DNA of 64,000 bases from an uncultured Eubacteriales bacterium (GTDB lineage Bacteria > Bacillota > Clostridia > Oscillospirales > QAKW01): contig CAYRYQ010000003.1 of the NCBI GenBank assembly GCA_964428505.1, positions 803 to 64,802 of the forward strand. Direction: 5' to 3'. Of the stretch, positions 37,660 through 47,492 are shown piece after piece; positions within the stretch are counted from its first letter, which is position 1; every line of letters begins with the position of its first letter. A program made the translations under genes and the position numbers. Under the pieces are notes generated by a model, which saw only the letters and a program-made list of their open reading frames with translations, did no database searches and had not been told where the DNA came from.

Positions 37660-38706
37660 TCACTCACCTACTTTTGATAACGGTTTAATATCAATCTTAT
37701 ACCCGGTCAGCTTGGCGGCAAGGCGGGCATTCTGCCCCTCTTTGCCGATGGCCAGGGAAAGCTGGTCATCACTGACCACCACGACGCAGGTATGCTCTGC
37801 CTCGTCAGCGGCCACACTCAGAATTTTGGCTGGTGCCAATGCCGCCGCAATGTATTCCTCCGGATTTTCGCTAAAGCGGATGATATCCACCTTTTCCCCC
37901 TTCAGCTCATCGCAGATCTTGGAAATCCGCATGCCGCGGGTGCCGATGCAGGCCCCCACCGGATCCACATTCTCATCGTGAGAGGCAACCGCGATCTTGG
38001 TGCGGCTGCCGGCCTCGCGGGCAATGGCCTTCACCTCCACCGCGCCGTCAAAAATCTCGGGCACCTCCAGTTCAAACAGCCTTTTCACCAGCCCCGGATG
38101 GGTGCGGGAGATCAGCACCTGCGGCCCCTTCTGCGCGGCACGCACTTCCACTACATAAATTTTTATAAAATCACCAGGATTCAGCGTTTCGCCCGGAATC
38201 TGCTCATTTTTGATCAGCATGGCCTGACTCTTGCCGATATCCAGAATGGCGTTGCCGTTGGGCTCCACCCGATTGACGGTGGTGGTGAGAATTTCGCTCT
38301 CTTTGCTATTGAACTCCTGATAAAGCAGCCCGCGCTCTCCGTCGCGGATTCCGTGAATGATCACCTGCTTGGCGTTTTGCGCCGCGATACGGCCGAATTC
38401 CTTGGTTTTCACCTCTACCACCGCTTCGTCCCCAACCTTTAACCGTTTGGAAACCGTGTCGTGCGCCTCCTCCAGCGAAACCTCCGTTGCCGCATCGTGA
38501 ACCTCTTCCACCACGGTCTTTCTCTGCAGCAGCTTCATTTCCCCTTTTTCCCGGTTAAACACCACCTCGGCATTATCGGCCGTTCCATAGGTTCTCTTGG
38601 CTGCAGCCAGCAGCGCCGCCTCCACCTTTTCCAGCATATAATCGGCAGGAATTCCCTTTTCTTCCTCGATCATATCCAATGCTTTAAAAAATTCTGCGTT
38701 TTTCAT
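37660..38706 (-). CDS. nusA: Transcription termination/antitermination factor NusA
   Basis: 348 aa with S1 and KH domains. FGRIAAQNAKQVI, SRTHPGLVKRLFELEVPEI, GACIGTRGMRI. Confidence 0.97.
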   Translation of the reverse strand: MKNAEFFKALDMIEEEKGIPADYMLEKVEAALLAAAKRTYGTADNAEVVFNREKGEMKLLQRKTVVEEVHDAATEVSLEEAHDTVSKRLKVGDEAVVEVKTKEFGRIAAQNAKQVIIHGIRDGERGLLYQEFNSKESEILTTTVNRVEPNGNAILDIGKSQAMLIKNEQIPGETLNPGDFIKIYVVEVRAAQKGPQVLISRTHPGLVKRLFELEVPEIFDGAVEVKAIAREAGSRTKIAVASHDENVDPVGACIGTRGMRISKICDELKGEKVDIIRFSENPEEYIAAALAPAKILSVAADEAEHTCVVVVSDDQLSLAIGKEGQNARLAAKLTGYKIDIKPLSKVGE

Positions 38707-38724
38707 TGTTTTTCCTTTTTCCTC

Positions 38725-39186
38725 CTAATTAAAGTCCACCCACGGACGTACCAAGCGGGTATCCTTTGTTGCAATTTGAAAGCTCCCCTGCTCTGTCATA
38801 ATTGTAAACACACCGTTCTCAAAGCCGCTCAGCGTACCCACCCAGTCCTGGCTTCCTTCCAGCGATTGAAACAACTTCACTTCGATTTTTTCGCCCATAA
38901 AATAACGAAAATCTTTTTCTTTTTTAAGCGGCCGGTCCAATCCCACCGATGAGACCTCCAGATAATAGTGTTCTGAAATCCAGTTCTTTTCATCCAGCAG
39001 CGGGTCGATCGCCCGGCTCATGGCCTCGCAGTCTTCCACGGTAATGCCGTTCTCCGCGGTGATAAAAAGCCTCAGATAATAATCCGGCCCTTCCTTCACA
39101 TATTCCACGTCGAAAAGCGCATAACCCAGGCCTTCGGCCACCGGCCCTGCCAGCGCTTCCACCTTTTCCGCGATTGATTCTTTCAT
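38725..39186 (-). CDS. rimP: Ribosome maturation factor RimP
   Basis: 153 aa from ATG 39186 (AAGGAG 6 nt upstream). MKESIAEKVEALAGPVAEGLGYALFDVEY. Confidence 0.9.
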   Translation of the reverse strand: MKESIAEKVEALAGPVAEGLGYALFDVEYVKEGPDYYLRLFITAENGITVEDCEAMSRAIDPLLDEKNWISEHYYLEVSSVGLDRPLKKEKDFRYFMGEKIEVKLFQSLEGSQDWVGTLSGFENGVFTIMTEQGSFQIATKDTRLVRPWVDFN

Positions 39187-39299
39187 ACTCTGCTCCTTCA
39201 TTTGCAAAAACAAAGAGGTTCGTTAACAACGAACCTCCTTCTATTCAACGTATAGTATACCACCAAAATACGGATAATGCAAGCTTTTTTGAAAAAAAC

Positions 39300-40697
39300 T
39301 TACCATTCCAGGGAAATGACCTCGCCGTTATACAGTTTCTGCGCATTTTCCAGAATTTTATCCACATTCAGCGTGCTCACCAGAAAATGGCCGCTGCCGT
39401 TCAGCTCGCAAAAGCATTTCAGCTCGGAGACCTGATAAAATTTCATGGTTTCCTCGGTTCCGTCTCTCAACGTAAACACCGCCGTGAGATAAGGCGTTTT
39501 AGCGCTGCCCTTATCGCCCAGATCGGTGATTCCGATGGTCAGAATATGGGAATAGAAATCCGAGAACAGATCGCTGTCCACCGATTTGTTGTTAACGGTG
39601 ACCGCGTAGTTGCCGTCCGCATCCTTATCCCCCAGCACGATCTTAAAGGTTTTATCGGCACCGGTGATTTTGATGCCGGCGATCTCATCGATCGCCCGGG
39701 TATAGATCATATCCTCACAGTATTCTTTTACCGGAGCGCCCAGCATATCTGTATTGGACGTGGCTATCGTATGGATAAATTTCCCGCCCAGCACATAGCA
39801 ATACTGCATGCCGCTGTCGTTGGTTTTGCCGAAATACACGGTCGTGGTGACGCCTTCCAGCGTGTAGGTCAGCGTATAAGCCGGCTGATCCAGCCCATAT
39901 TGGGCCAACGCCGCCGCGCCGGTATCATCGCCGACGATGGCGCAGGAAGTCAGCGCTGTCAGCAAGCTGGTCAGGCTGTCTTCCATGGTGGACGAAAAAG
40001 ACTGATAAAACGGTGCGGTCATCACATAGGTCGTGCCCACCTGCTCGTCTCCCAGCTTGTTCATCTCCAGCCGGATTTCCTGCTCCCGCTTGCTGCCGCC
40101 GATAAGAATCGGCGTAAGCGTTTCCAGATCTTTATCCTCACTGTAATCAATCATGGTATCGCTGTAAAACTGATACCGGGCCATCAGCGCCACATCCGGC
40201 ACCGTGTTGGCGATCAGATACACGGCGCTGTCTCCTTCCATCCGGCAATAATAGTTGCCGGAGGAAGAGGTGCCGCCCAGATAAAAGATATAGTCGGTTC
40301 CGTCATTGCTGACAGAAACGGTTCCCTTGGGGTCTTTCAGCCCATAGCTTTCCAGCTGCTCGTCGCTGGGACTTTCGATCACCTTTTTCGTGGCGGTCAG
40401 GCTGCCAAGATTGCCCAGCAGCCCGGTGACCACCTCACTGTTGACGGTATATCCCTTTTTTCCCTCAATATAATAAGAGCCCGTCGCCAGCTTCAGCAGC
40501 TTATAGTGATCAAACGTATTCTGAATTTCAACGGAATCGGCCTGGCTCAGATCCACGCTCAGCAGCGTGACGGTATTGCCCTTTTCGTTGCCTTCCACAT
40601 CCTTGGGCAACACAAACGCCACGAGAATCCAAAGAACCGCGCCCAACACCAGCGCAATCCCGACCAGGATGAGCACCGGCTTCAGTCGTTTTATCAT
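39300..40697 (-). CDS. DUF4340 domain protein (membrane-anchored)
   Basis: 465 aa. N-terminal anchor MIKRLKPVLILVGIALVLGAVLWILV. Last gene of the GldA/F/G-like ABC module, overlapping the upstream gene by 4 nt. Confidence 0.75.
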   Translation of the reverse strand: MIKRLKPVLILVGIALVLGAVLWILVAFVLPKDVEGNEKGNTVTLLSVDLSQADSVEIQNTFDHYKLLKLATGSYYIEGKKGYTVNSEVVTGLLGNLGSLTATKKVIESPSDEQLESYGLKDPKGTVSVSNDGTDYIFYLGGTSSSGNYYCRMEGDSAVYLIANTVPDVALMARYQFYSDTMIDYSEDKDLETLTPILIGGSKREQEIRLEMNKLGDEQVGTTYVMTAPFYQSFSSTMEDSLTSLLTALTSCAIVGDDTGAAALAQYGLDQPAYTLTYTLEGVTTTVYFGKTNDSGMQYCYVLGGKFIHTIATSNTDMLGAPVKEYCEDMIYTRAIDEIAGIKITGADKTFKIVLGDKDADGNYAVTVNNKSVDSDLFSDFYSHILTIGITDLGDKGSAKTPYLTAVFTLRDGTEETMKFYQVSELKCFCELNGSGHFLVSTLNVDKILENAQKLYNGEVISLEW

Positions 40698-42217
40698 AAA
40701 TATCTCCTCCGGATATACACGATCAGCCCGATCAGCAGAAAGATCCCTGGGATCACGGCGATGAACACAATCGCGGCATTCCGCACGGTTGCCGTATCCA
40801 GCGTCATGGTCGTCGAGGTGGCCAGCTTGGAAGCGCCCACGATCTCCGACTCATTTTCGCCCACCATCATCTGATAAACCCGATACAGGAAGGCGCCGTT
40901 GCCGTTGTATTTGATATAGTTTTCGCCCAGCATATCCACCGATCCGGCCAAGAACAAATGGCTTTCCACCGCCACGTTGTTCTCATACTTATAGCGGGTG
41001 GAAACCGCCCCCACCGTAAAGGGTCCAGCCGCGTCGCCCGCCGCCTTGCTGTATCCGGCGTTGACGTTATCGCTGCTCTTGGCGTAGGAGCCGTCGGAGG
41101 TCGTCATCAGCGCAGTTGTTGTGGTAATACCGGATTCCTCAAACAACAGTTTGATCGCCCTGGCGTTCGGCACCACGCTGAGGTAATCCGCCGTGATTTT
41201 TGTTCCGCTGACCTCCGCGTCCGCATAGGAGGGAATCAAATAAAGCGATTTTGCCTCAGAAGCACTCGCATAGGACGAAGCGCTGTGCTGATCGTCTTCC
41301 ATCACCACATTGTTTTCCAGCTGGAACCCCCAATCCGCCAAAAAGGTGTCCAGATTCGGCAGCTCCGGCGACGCGGGGCTGGAAAAATAGAACATATCCC
41401 GCTCATATTGATAATCATTGGCCATAAATTCCTGCAGCTGCCGGATCTCGCTTTCGGAATAATCCATGGTCGGCGCGCTGATCACCATTACCCGGGCCTG
41501 CTTGTCGAAGCTGGAAAGCTGGCTCAGCTTCACTTCCCGCACATCGGCGCCATTGTTGGCGATCAGGCTCATTAGGTTGGAATAGCCGGTTTCTCCGTGG
41601 CCGGTCAGGAAATAGACCAACGGCACTTCCTCTTTGGTCACATACAGAACGGCAGAGGCCAGGCACTCCTCGGTTTTATAAGTCACCGCATAGGTGCTGC
41701 TGTCCTGCTCATACATATCGTTAAACGCGATCACCCGGGTCCGGTCGCCGCACTGCACCACCACCGAGCCTTGCTCCACCTTGAATTCCGAGCCATACGC
41801 CGTCAGCACCGAAGGGTTCACATCGGGATCCACATAGGAGCAGGTAATATTGTCCGATAAATTGGCGAACCGCTTGATAGTCTCCGAAAACTGCTCCGGG
41901 TATTCCGATTCCTTGTAAATCACCGTCAGCTTGATTTTCTGGTCCTTGGTCAGCGCGTTCACGATCTGCCTGGTGCTGTTTGAAATGCCGTAAAGATTAT
42001 AGGAGGTCATGTCCAGATTCCAAGAATAGGTGTTGCTCAGCAGCGAAAAGATGATATTGATGATCACCGCCACCGCCACAAAGGCCACCGTCAGGCCGGT
42101 GGCGGCGGAGCCGTATTTAAATTTCCGGGTTCTATAAAAAGGAATCCCCTTTTCGTTGGAGCGCTTTTCACTTTCTTCTTCCTTTGTTTTCTTTGAAAAA
42201 AGGCCCATCAGCTCCAC
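40694..42217 (-). CDS. GldG-like ABC-transport auxiliary protein
   Basis: 507 aa. N- and C-terminal TM anchors flank a large extracytoplasmic domain. Located between the ABC-2 permease and the DUF4340 gene. Confidence 0.75.
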   Translation of the reverse strand: MELMGLFSKKTKEEESEKRSNEKGIPFYRTRKFKYGSAATGLTVAFVAVAVIINIIFSLLSNTYSWNLDMTSYNLYGISNSTRQIVNALTKDQKIKLTVIYKESEYPEQFSETIKRFANLSDNITCSYVDPDVNPSVLTAYGSEFKVEQGSVVVQCGDRTRVIAFNDMYEQDSSTYAVTYKTEECLASAVLYVTKEEVPLVYFLTGHGETGYSNLMSLIANNGADVREVKLSQLSSFDKQARVMVISAPTMDYSESEIRQLQEFMANDYQYERDMFYFSSPASPELPNLDTFLADWGFQLENNVVMEDDQHSASSYASASEAKSLYLIPSYADAEVSGTKITADYLSVVPNARAIKLLFEESGITTTTALMTTSDGSYAKSSDNVNAGYSKAAGDAAGPFTVGAVSTRYKYENNVAVESHLFLAGSVDMLGENYIKYNGNGAFLYRVYQMMVGENESEIVGASKLATSTTMTLDTATVRNAAIVFIAVIPGIFLLIGLIVYIRRRYL

Positions 42218-42912
42218 CTCCTCTTATCCACAATCCGGATGATCAGAAATAAAAAGACCACCGTCAGACTGAAGAAATAAAAAATCGCAGAAAAATCAAA
42301 CAGCCCGTTGGCCAGCTTTTCAAACCGGGTGGAGATCGAAATCACATCCACAATCTTGTTGACGACGCTGTTGTTCAGCGCTGTTTTCAGCACATCGCAG
42401 ATGGCGAAAAGCAGCAGCGAAAAAAAGCCCATAATAAACGCGATGATCTGGCTTTCGGTAATGCAGGCCATCAGCATGGCAATGGCGATATAGGCCGCCC
42501 CCGCCAGCAGGATCCCCACATAGCTGCCCAGCATCACCCCCAGCTCCACATGCCCCTTCCAGGCCAAAAAGCCCATTGCCAGCACGCTGGGCGCGAGACT
42601 GAATAAAAACATGGTGTACGCCGCAAAAAATTTACCCAGCACCATTTTGGTGATGCTGATCGGCGCGGTAATCAGCACCTGATCCACCTTGTTTTTCCGC
42701 TCCTCCGGAAACAGCTTCATCGTCAGGATCGGAATGACCAGAATCATCACATAGCAGCTGTAATAAAAATAGCTGCTGACTTCGGCGCTATGCTGCGCAA
42801 TATTGAAGATGCTGAAGCAGGTGCCGATCAGGATCAGATACAAAAACAAATAGACATATCCCACCGGGGATTTCAGATAGGAGCGCAGCTCCCGTTTCCA
42901 GACCGCTTTCAT
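42208..42912 (-). CDS. ABC-2 type transporter permease (GldF-like)
   Basis: 234 aa with six TM helices. Overlaps both neighbouring genes. Confidence 0.85.
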   Translation of the reverse strand: MKAVWKRELRSYLKSPVGYVYLFLYLILIGTCFSIFNIAQHSAEVSSYFYYSCYVMILVIPILTMKLFPEERKNKVDQVLITAPISITKMVLGKFFAAYTMFLFSLAPSVLAMGFLAWKGHVELGVMLGSYVGILLAGAAYIAIAMLMACITESQIIAFIMGFFSLLLFAICDVLKTALNNSVVNKIVDVISISTRFEKLANGLFDFSAIFYFFSLTVVFLFLIIRIVDKRRWS

Positions 42913-43856
42913 GCTTCCGCCCCTCCTTCGTTGGTAATCAGGCTGACAAACACATCTTCCAGCGACATATCCATGGATTTCAGGCCCATCAGCGGCCAGC
43001 TGCGGTCGGAAAGCATTCGGAAAAGGGGCTTGCGCACATCCACGCTGGGGCTGCTCTCAATCAAATAATCGTTGGAGCCCTGCTCTTTCTGGCCCAGTTC
43101 GTCCACAAAAATCACGCCGTCCAGCCCGCGCAAAGCCCGCTTCACTTCTGCTTTTGCGCCCGCGATCCGGGCCACCAAGCGGCGGTTGCCCGCGGTCTTA
43201 TAAGTGAGGGAGTCCGCCGTGCCGTCGGCCACCAGCTTTCCCTTATTGATCACAATAATCCGGTCGCAGACCGACTGCACCTCCTGCAGGATATGGGTAG
43301 ACAGAATCACCGTGTGCCGCTTGCCCAGCCGCTGGATCAGGTTGCGGATTTCAATGATCTGCCGGGGATCCAGCCCCACGGTCGGCTCATCCAGAATCAG
43401 CACCGGCGGATTGCCCACCAGTGCCTGGGCAAAGCCCACCCGCTGCCGGTAACCTTTGGATAAATTTTTGATCATCCGATCATAGACATCCTCAATTTTG
43501 ATCAGCTGGCAGATTTCCCGCAAATGCTCCTTGCGGGCAAATTTGCAGCCCTTTAAATCATAAATGAAGTTCAGATATTCCTTTACCGTCATATCCATAT
43601 AAAGCGGCGGCTGCTCCGGCAAAAAGCCGATCCGCTTCTTGGCGGCGGTCGGATCTTCCAAAATATCGATGCCGTCGATAATCGCGGTGCCGCTGGTGGC
43701 CGACAAATACCCCGTCAGAATATTCATCGTGGTGGATTTCCCGGCGCCGTTGGGGCCTAAGAAGCCAACCACCTCACCACTTTCGATCTGGAATGAAATA
43801 TCATTCACCGCAAACTTATCGCCGTACTTCTTGACGATATTTTTCACTTCAATCAT
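42909..43856 (-). CDS. ABC transporter ATP-binding protein (GldA-like)
   Basis: 315 aa. Walker A GPNGAGKST, signature LSKGYRQR, Walker B LILDEPT. Confidence 0.93.
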   Translation of the reverse strand: MIEVKNIVKKYGDKFAVNDISFQIESGEVVGFLGPNGAGKSTTMNILTGYLSATSGTAIIDGIDILEDPTAAKKRIGFLPEQPPLYMDMTVKEYLNFIYDLKGCKFARKEHLREICQLIKIEDVYDRMIKNLSKGYRQRVGFAQALVGNPPVLILDEPTVGLDPRQIIEIRNLIQRLGKRHTVILSTHILQEVQSVCDRIIVINKGKLVADGTADSLTYKTAGNRRLVARIAGAKAEVKRALRGLDGVIFVDELGQKEQGSNDYLIESSPSVDVRKPLFRMLSDRSWPLMGLKSMDMSLEDVFVSLITNEGGAEA

Positions 43857-43957
43857 CGAAGTCCTCCTTAAACGGAAGCAAAGCGCACGAAAAGCGCCGC
43901 TTCTTTTGTTCTATTCCAGTTTAACATACCACTGCCGGAATTGCTATGAATTTTCTG

Positions 43958-45727
43958 TTAATTCTCTGCCTGCGGCAGCAGGGAAATGCCGAGCTCCTCC
44001 AGCTGCTTTCGGGATACCTCCGACGGGCAATCGCTCATCAGCTCCGACGCGTTCTGCACCTTGGGGAACGCCACCACATCCCGGAGGTTTTTAAGACCCA
44101 GCAGCTGCATCACCAGCCGGTCCAGCCCCAGCCCCATGCCGCCATGGGGCGGCGCGCCATACTGAAACGCGTCTGTCAGGAAACCAAATTTCTGATGGGC
44201 TTCCTCATGGGAAAGCCCCAGCAGGTCAAAGATCCGGCTTTGCAGCGCCGGATCGGTGATCCGGATCGAGCCGCTGGCCAGCTCCACCCCGTTGAGCACC
44301 AGATCATAGGCCTTGGCCCGCACCTTTGCCTTATCCGTTTCCAGATAGGCAAGGCACTCATCCATGGGCGAGGTGAAGGGATGATGCATGGCGACAAAGC
44401 ACTGAGCGTCCTCATCCCAGTCAAAAAACGGGAACTCGGTGATCCAGAGCAGGGCATAGCCCTTCTTTTCCACGCCGATTTTATCCGACACCATCTGGCG
44501 CAGCGCGCCTAAGGCGCCGAGTACCACGCTGTTTTTGCGGTCCGCCACAAACAGCAGCACGTCGCCCTCTTTGGCATCGGCCTTTGAAAGCAGCTCCGCC
44601 ATCTCATCCTCTGTCAGAAACTTCGAGAAGGAGCTGCTGATGCCGTCCTTGGTCCAGCGAATAAAAGCAAGGCCCTTGGCGCCGATGCCCTTGGCGTGCT
44701 CGGCAAGCTTATCGATTTCCTTGCGGGAAAGCTTTTCCGCGCCGCCGGAGGCTTTAATGCCCCGCACGCTGCCGCCGGCAGCCACCGCGTCGCAAAATAC
44801 CGAAAATCCGCAGCCGGCGGCCAGATCGCTCACATCAAAAATTTCCATGCCGTAACGCAGATCCGGCTTGTCTGATCCAAAGCGTTCCATCGCCTGCCGA
44901 TAGGTCAGGCGGGGCAGGGGAACCGGCAGCTCCTGCCCGAGAACTTCCCGGAACAGCCGCTTCATATAGCCTTCCCCGATTGCCAGCACATCCTCCATCT
45001 CAACAAACGACATTTCCAAATCCACCTGCGTAAATTCCGGCTGCCGGTCGGCTCTTAAGTCCTCATCCCGGAAGCAGCGGGCGATCTGCATATACCGGTC
45101 AAAGCCCGCCACCATCGACAGCTGCTTATACAGCTGCGGCGACTGCGGCAGCGCGTAAAAAGAGCCCGGATGCACCCGGCTGGGCACCAGATAATCCCGT
45201 GCCCCCTCCGGGGTGGATTTCATCAGCATCGGCGTCTCAATCTCAATAAACCCGTTTTCATCGAAATAATCCCGGGTGACCTTGGCGATCCGGTGCCGCA
45301 TTAAGAGATTGCCCTGCAGATCCGGCCGCCTTAGATCCAGATAGCGGTATTTCAGCCGCAGCTCCTCGTTCACATTGCTGTTTTCCGCGATTTCAAAGGG
45401 CGGTGTTTTCGCCTTGGATAATATTTTAATGGTTTTGCAAAGAATCTCCAGCTCCCCGGTTTTGAGCGCCGGATTGAGCGCGCCGCCGCGCTTTTCCACC
45501 GTGCCGCTGACCTCCAGCACAAATTCGCTGCGCACCGCAAACGCCACCTCAAAGGCGCTCCTTTCGGTTGATTCGTCAAATTGCAGCTGAATCAGCCCGG
45601 TGCGGTCTCTCAGGTCAATAAAAATCAATCCGCCCAGATTCCGCTGCCGCTGCACCCAGCCGCAAACCGTCACTTCCGTTCCAATCTGCTCTTTGATAAT
45701 TTCTCCGCAATAATTGGTTCTTCTCAT
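43958..45727 (-). CDS. aspS: Aspartate--tRNA ligase
   Basis: 589 aa from MRRTNYCGEI. FIDLRDRTG, FRDEDLRADRQPEF, GGMGLGLDR. Its ATG overlaps the hisS stop. Confidence 0.96.
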   Translation of the reverse strand: MRRTNYCGEIIKEQIGTEVTVCGWVQRQRNLGGLIFIDLRDRTGLIQLQFDESTERSAFEVAFAVRSEFVLEVSGTVEKRGGALNPALKTGELEILCKTIKILSKAKTPPFEIAENSNVNEELRLKYRYLDLRRPDLQGNLLMRHRIAKVTRDYFDENGFIEIETPMLMKSTPEGARDYLVPSRVHPGSFYALPQSPQLYKQLSMVAGFDRYMQIARCFRDEDLRADRQPEFTQVDLEMSFVEMEDVLAIGEGYMKRLFREVLGQELPVPLPRLTYRQAMERFGSDKPDLRYGMEIFDVSDLAAGCGFSVFCDAVAAGGSVRGIKASGGAEKLSRKEIDKLAEHAKGIGAKGLAFIRWTKDGISSSFSKFLTEDEMAELLSKADAKEGDVLLFVADRKNSVVLGALGALRQMVSDKIGVEKKGYALLWITEFPFFDWDEDAQCFVAMHHPFTSPMDECLAYLETDKAKVRAKAYDLVLNGVELASGSIRITDPALQSRIFDLLGLSHEEAHQKFGFLTDAFQYGAPPHGGMGLGLDRLVMQLLGLKNLRDVVAFPKVQNASELMSDCPSEVSRKQLEELGISLLPQAEN

Positions 45728-46992
45728 TTGCAAAACTCCTCCAGCCACCGGCTGTTTAATTGCGCGAAGGGCACCTTCTGCTGACTGCCGTCCGCCATTC
45801 TCTTCACCGTAACGGCGCCTTCTTCCAGTTCGCTGTCGCCCAGCACTGCCGTACAAACCGCGCCGATCTTATCGGCGTATTTCATCTGCGCCTTCACCGA
45901 GCGCCCCATCAGGTCATACTGCACCCGGGCGCCCTGATCCATCAGCTCCATCGCCAGCGTCACCGCCTTTTGCCGGGCAGGCTCTCCCAGCGGGATCCAA
46001 AACAGATCCGGCCCCGTAGGATCGGGAATGTCGATCCCCGCCTGCTCCAACACCAGCAAAAACCGCTCCAGCCCCATCGCAAATCCGATTCCCGGCTGGT
46101 CGGCCGCGCCGAACTGCCCGGTCATTCCGTCATACCGGCCGCCACCGCAAACAGTGCCCTGCGCGCCGATCTCCCGGCTGACAAATTCAAACACCGTGCG
46201 ATTATAATAATCCAAGCCCCGCACAATCCGGGGATTCAGCGTGAAATCCACCCCCATCGCGGTGAGATATTGCTGCACGGCCTCAAAATGCGTGCGGCAG
46301 TCGCCGCAGAGATAATCGGTGATCAGCGGCGCGTCGGCGGCGATCCGCCGGCAGCGCTCGCTCTTGCAGTCCAGAATGCGCATTGGATTCTTAGTAAGCC
46401 GCTCCCGGCAGGTCTCGCACAGCTGATCCCGGTCTTGTTCAAAGTAGCGGATCAGCGCCTCCCGGTACTGCCCGCGGCAGGTTTTACAGCCGATGGAATT
46501 CAGCTCAAGCGTCATTCCCCTGAGCCCGATTTTCTGAAAAAGGCGGTAGGGCATCGAGATCACGGTGGCGTCAGCGACCGGATCCGCGGCGCCGAACAGC
46601 TCCACACCAAACTGGTTGAACTGGCGCAGCCGCCCCTTTTGCGGCTTTTCATAGCGAAAGCACTGAATCAGGTAAAAAAGCTTCACCGGCAGCGCATCAT
46701 TAAACAGCCCGTTTTCCACAAAGGAACGCACGATCCCCGCCGTCCCCTCGGGCCTTAAGGTGACCGACCGGCCGCCCTTATCCTCAAACGTATACATTTC
46801 CTTATTGACCACGTCTGTCGTTTCGCCCACGCCGCGCACAAAAACCTCGGTATGCTCAAACACCGGGGTGCGGATCTCCAGAAAGCCGTATTCCGCGCAC
46901 AGTGCGCGCAGCTGCCGTTCCACCCACTGCCAGCGGTATGAATCCTTCGGTAAAATGTCCTGCGTGCCCTTGGGGGCTGTCATCTGAGCCAT
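45724..46992 (-). CDS. hisS: Histidine--tRNA ligase
   Basis: 422 aa from MAQMTAPKGTQDILP. LRPEGTAG, FRYEKPQKGRLRQF, GGGRYD. Confidence 0.96.
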   Translation of the reverse strand: MAQMTAPKGTQDILPKDSYRWQWVERQLRALCAEYGFLEIRTPVFEHTEVFVRGVGETTDVVNKEMYTFEDKGGRSVTLRPEGTAGIVRSFVENGLFNDALPVKLFYLIQCFRYEKPQKGRLRQFNQFGVELFGAADPVADATVISMPYRLFQKIGLRGMTLELNSIGCKTCRGQYREALIRYFEQDRDQLCETCRERLTKNPMRILDCKSERCRRIAADAPLITDYLCGDCRTHFEAVQQYLTAMGVDFTLNPRIVRGLDYYNRTVFEFVSREIGAQGTVCGGGRYDGMTGQFGAADQPGIGFAMGLERFLLVLEQAGIDIPDPTGPDLFWIPLGEPARQKAVTLAMELMDQGARVQYDLMGRSVKAQMKYADKIGAVCTAVLGDSELEEGAVTVKRMADGSQQKVPFAQLNSRWLEEFCK

Positions 46993-47029
46993 ATTTTTCT
47001 TCCTTCCCTGCTTTTGCAAAGCGCCCGAC

Positions 47030-47065
47030 AAAAAAACAGCCCCACTCCCAATTGATGAGAGCGGG
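47030..47065 (-). terminator. Rho-independent terminator after mgsA
   Basis: Minus-strand RNA forms CCCCGCUC ... GAGUGGGG followed by CUGUUUUUUU. Confidence 0.65.
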
Positions 47066-47077
47066 GATTTCAGGCCC

Positions 47078-47476
47078 TTACTGTCTGTTGATTTCCCGCC
47101 AATCCAAGTCGCCGCGCTCCAACGCCATAATAATAACCTCCGCGGTGGCGATATTGGTGGCCACCGGCACGTTGTGCACATCACACAGCCGGAGGATATT
47201 GAGTTCCTCCCGTTCCCGGGTGGTCGGCGTGAGCGGATCCCGGAAGAACAGCAGCACATCGATCTCCCCATAAGAAATCCGCGCCGCGATCTGATCCTCC
47301 CCGCCGTGCGGGCCGCTTAAAACCCGGTTGATATGAAGCCCGGTTGCCTCAGAGATCAAATTCCCCGTCGTGGCGGTGGCGCAAAGATTATGCTTTGCCA
47401 GAATCCCCGCATAGGCAATGCAGAACTGCACCATTAATTCCTTCTTTTTTTCGTGGGCAATCAGCGCAATGTTCAT
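47078..47476 (-). CDS. mgsA: Methylglyoxal synthase
   Basis: MNIALIAHEKKKELM ... ATATTG ... GPHGGEDQI ... FFRDPL. ATG 47476 with AGGAGG upstream. Confidence 0.93.
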   Translation of the reverse strand: MNIALIAHEKKKELMVQFCIAYAGILAKHNLCATATTGNLISEATGLHINRVLSGPHGGEDQIAARISYGEIDVLLFFRDPLTPTTREREELNILRLCDVHNVPVATNIATAEVIIMALERGDLDWREINRQ

Positions 47477-47492
47477 ATTCGCGTTCAACCTC

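Noticed and set aside
37088-37663. 191-aa form of the ylxQ ORF
   Set aside because: Its N-terminal 91 codons overlap ylxR in another frame and are Arg/Gly-rich. A GTG at 37390 overlapping the ylxR stop gives the expected 100-aa L7Ae-like protein.
39174-40874. 566-aa plus-strand ORF
   Set aside because: It lies antisense to the DUF4340 and GldG-like genes, which form an overlapping operon with good starts. It has no recognisable domains and is a shadow frame.
43857-43957. Hairpin GAAGCGGCGC...GCGCTTTGCTTC between aspS and the ABC ATPase gene, considered as a terminator
   Set aside because: The stem is imperfect and has no clear U run, so the evidence is too weak to call.
46993-47077. Possible T-box leader upstream of hisS-aspS, as in Bacillus
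   Set aside because: Only about 85 nt separate mgsA from hisS, which is far too short for a T-box. The single hairpin plus U run reads as the mgsA terminator, and no specifier or T-box sequence is evident.
45728-47271. Long N-terminal extensions of the aspS (to 45856) and hisS (to 47271) track ORFs
   Set aside because: The extensions overlap the upstream genes and the mgsA terminator and are low-complexity. Internal ATGs give canonical N-termini (MRRTNYCGEI and MAQMTAPKGTQDILP).
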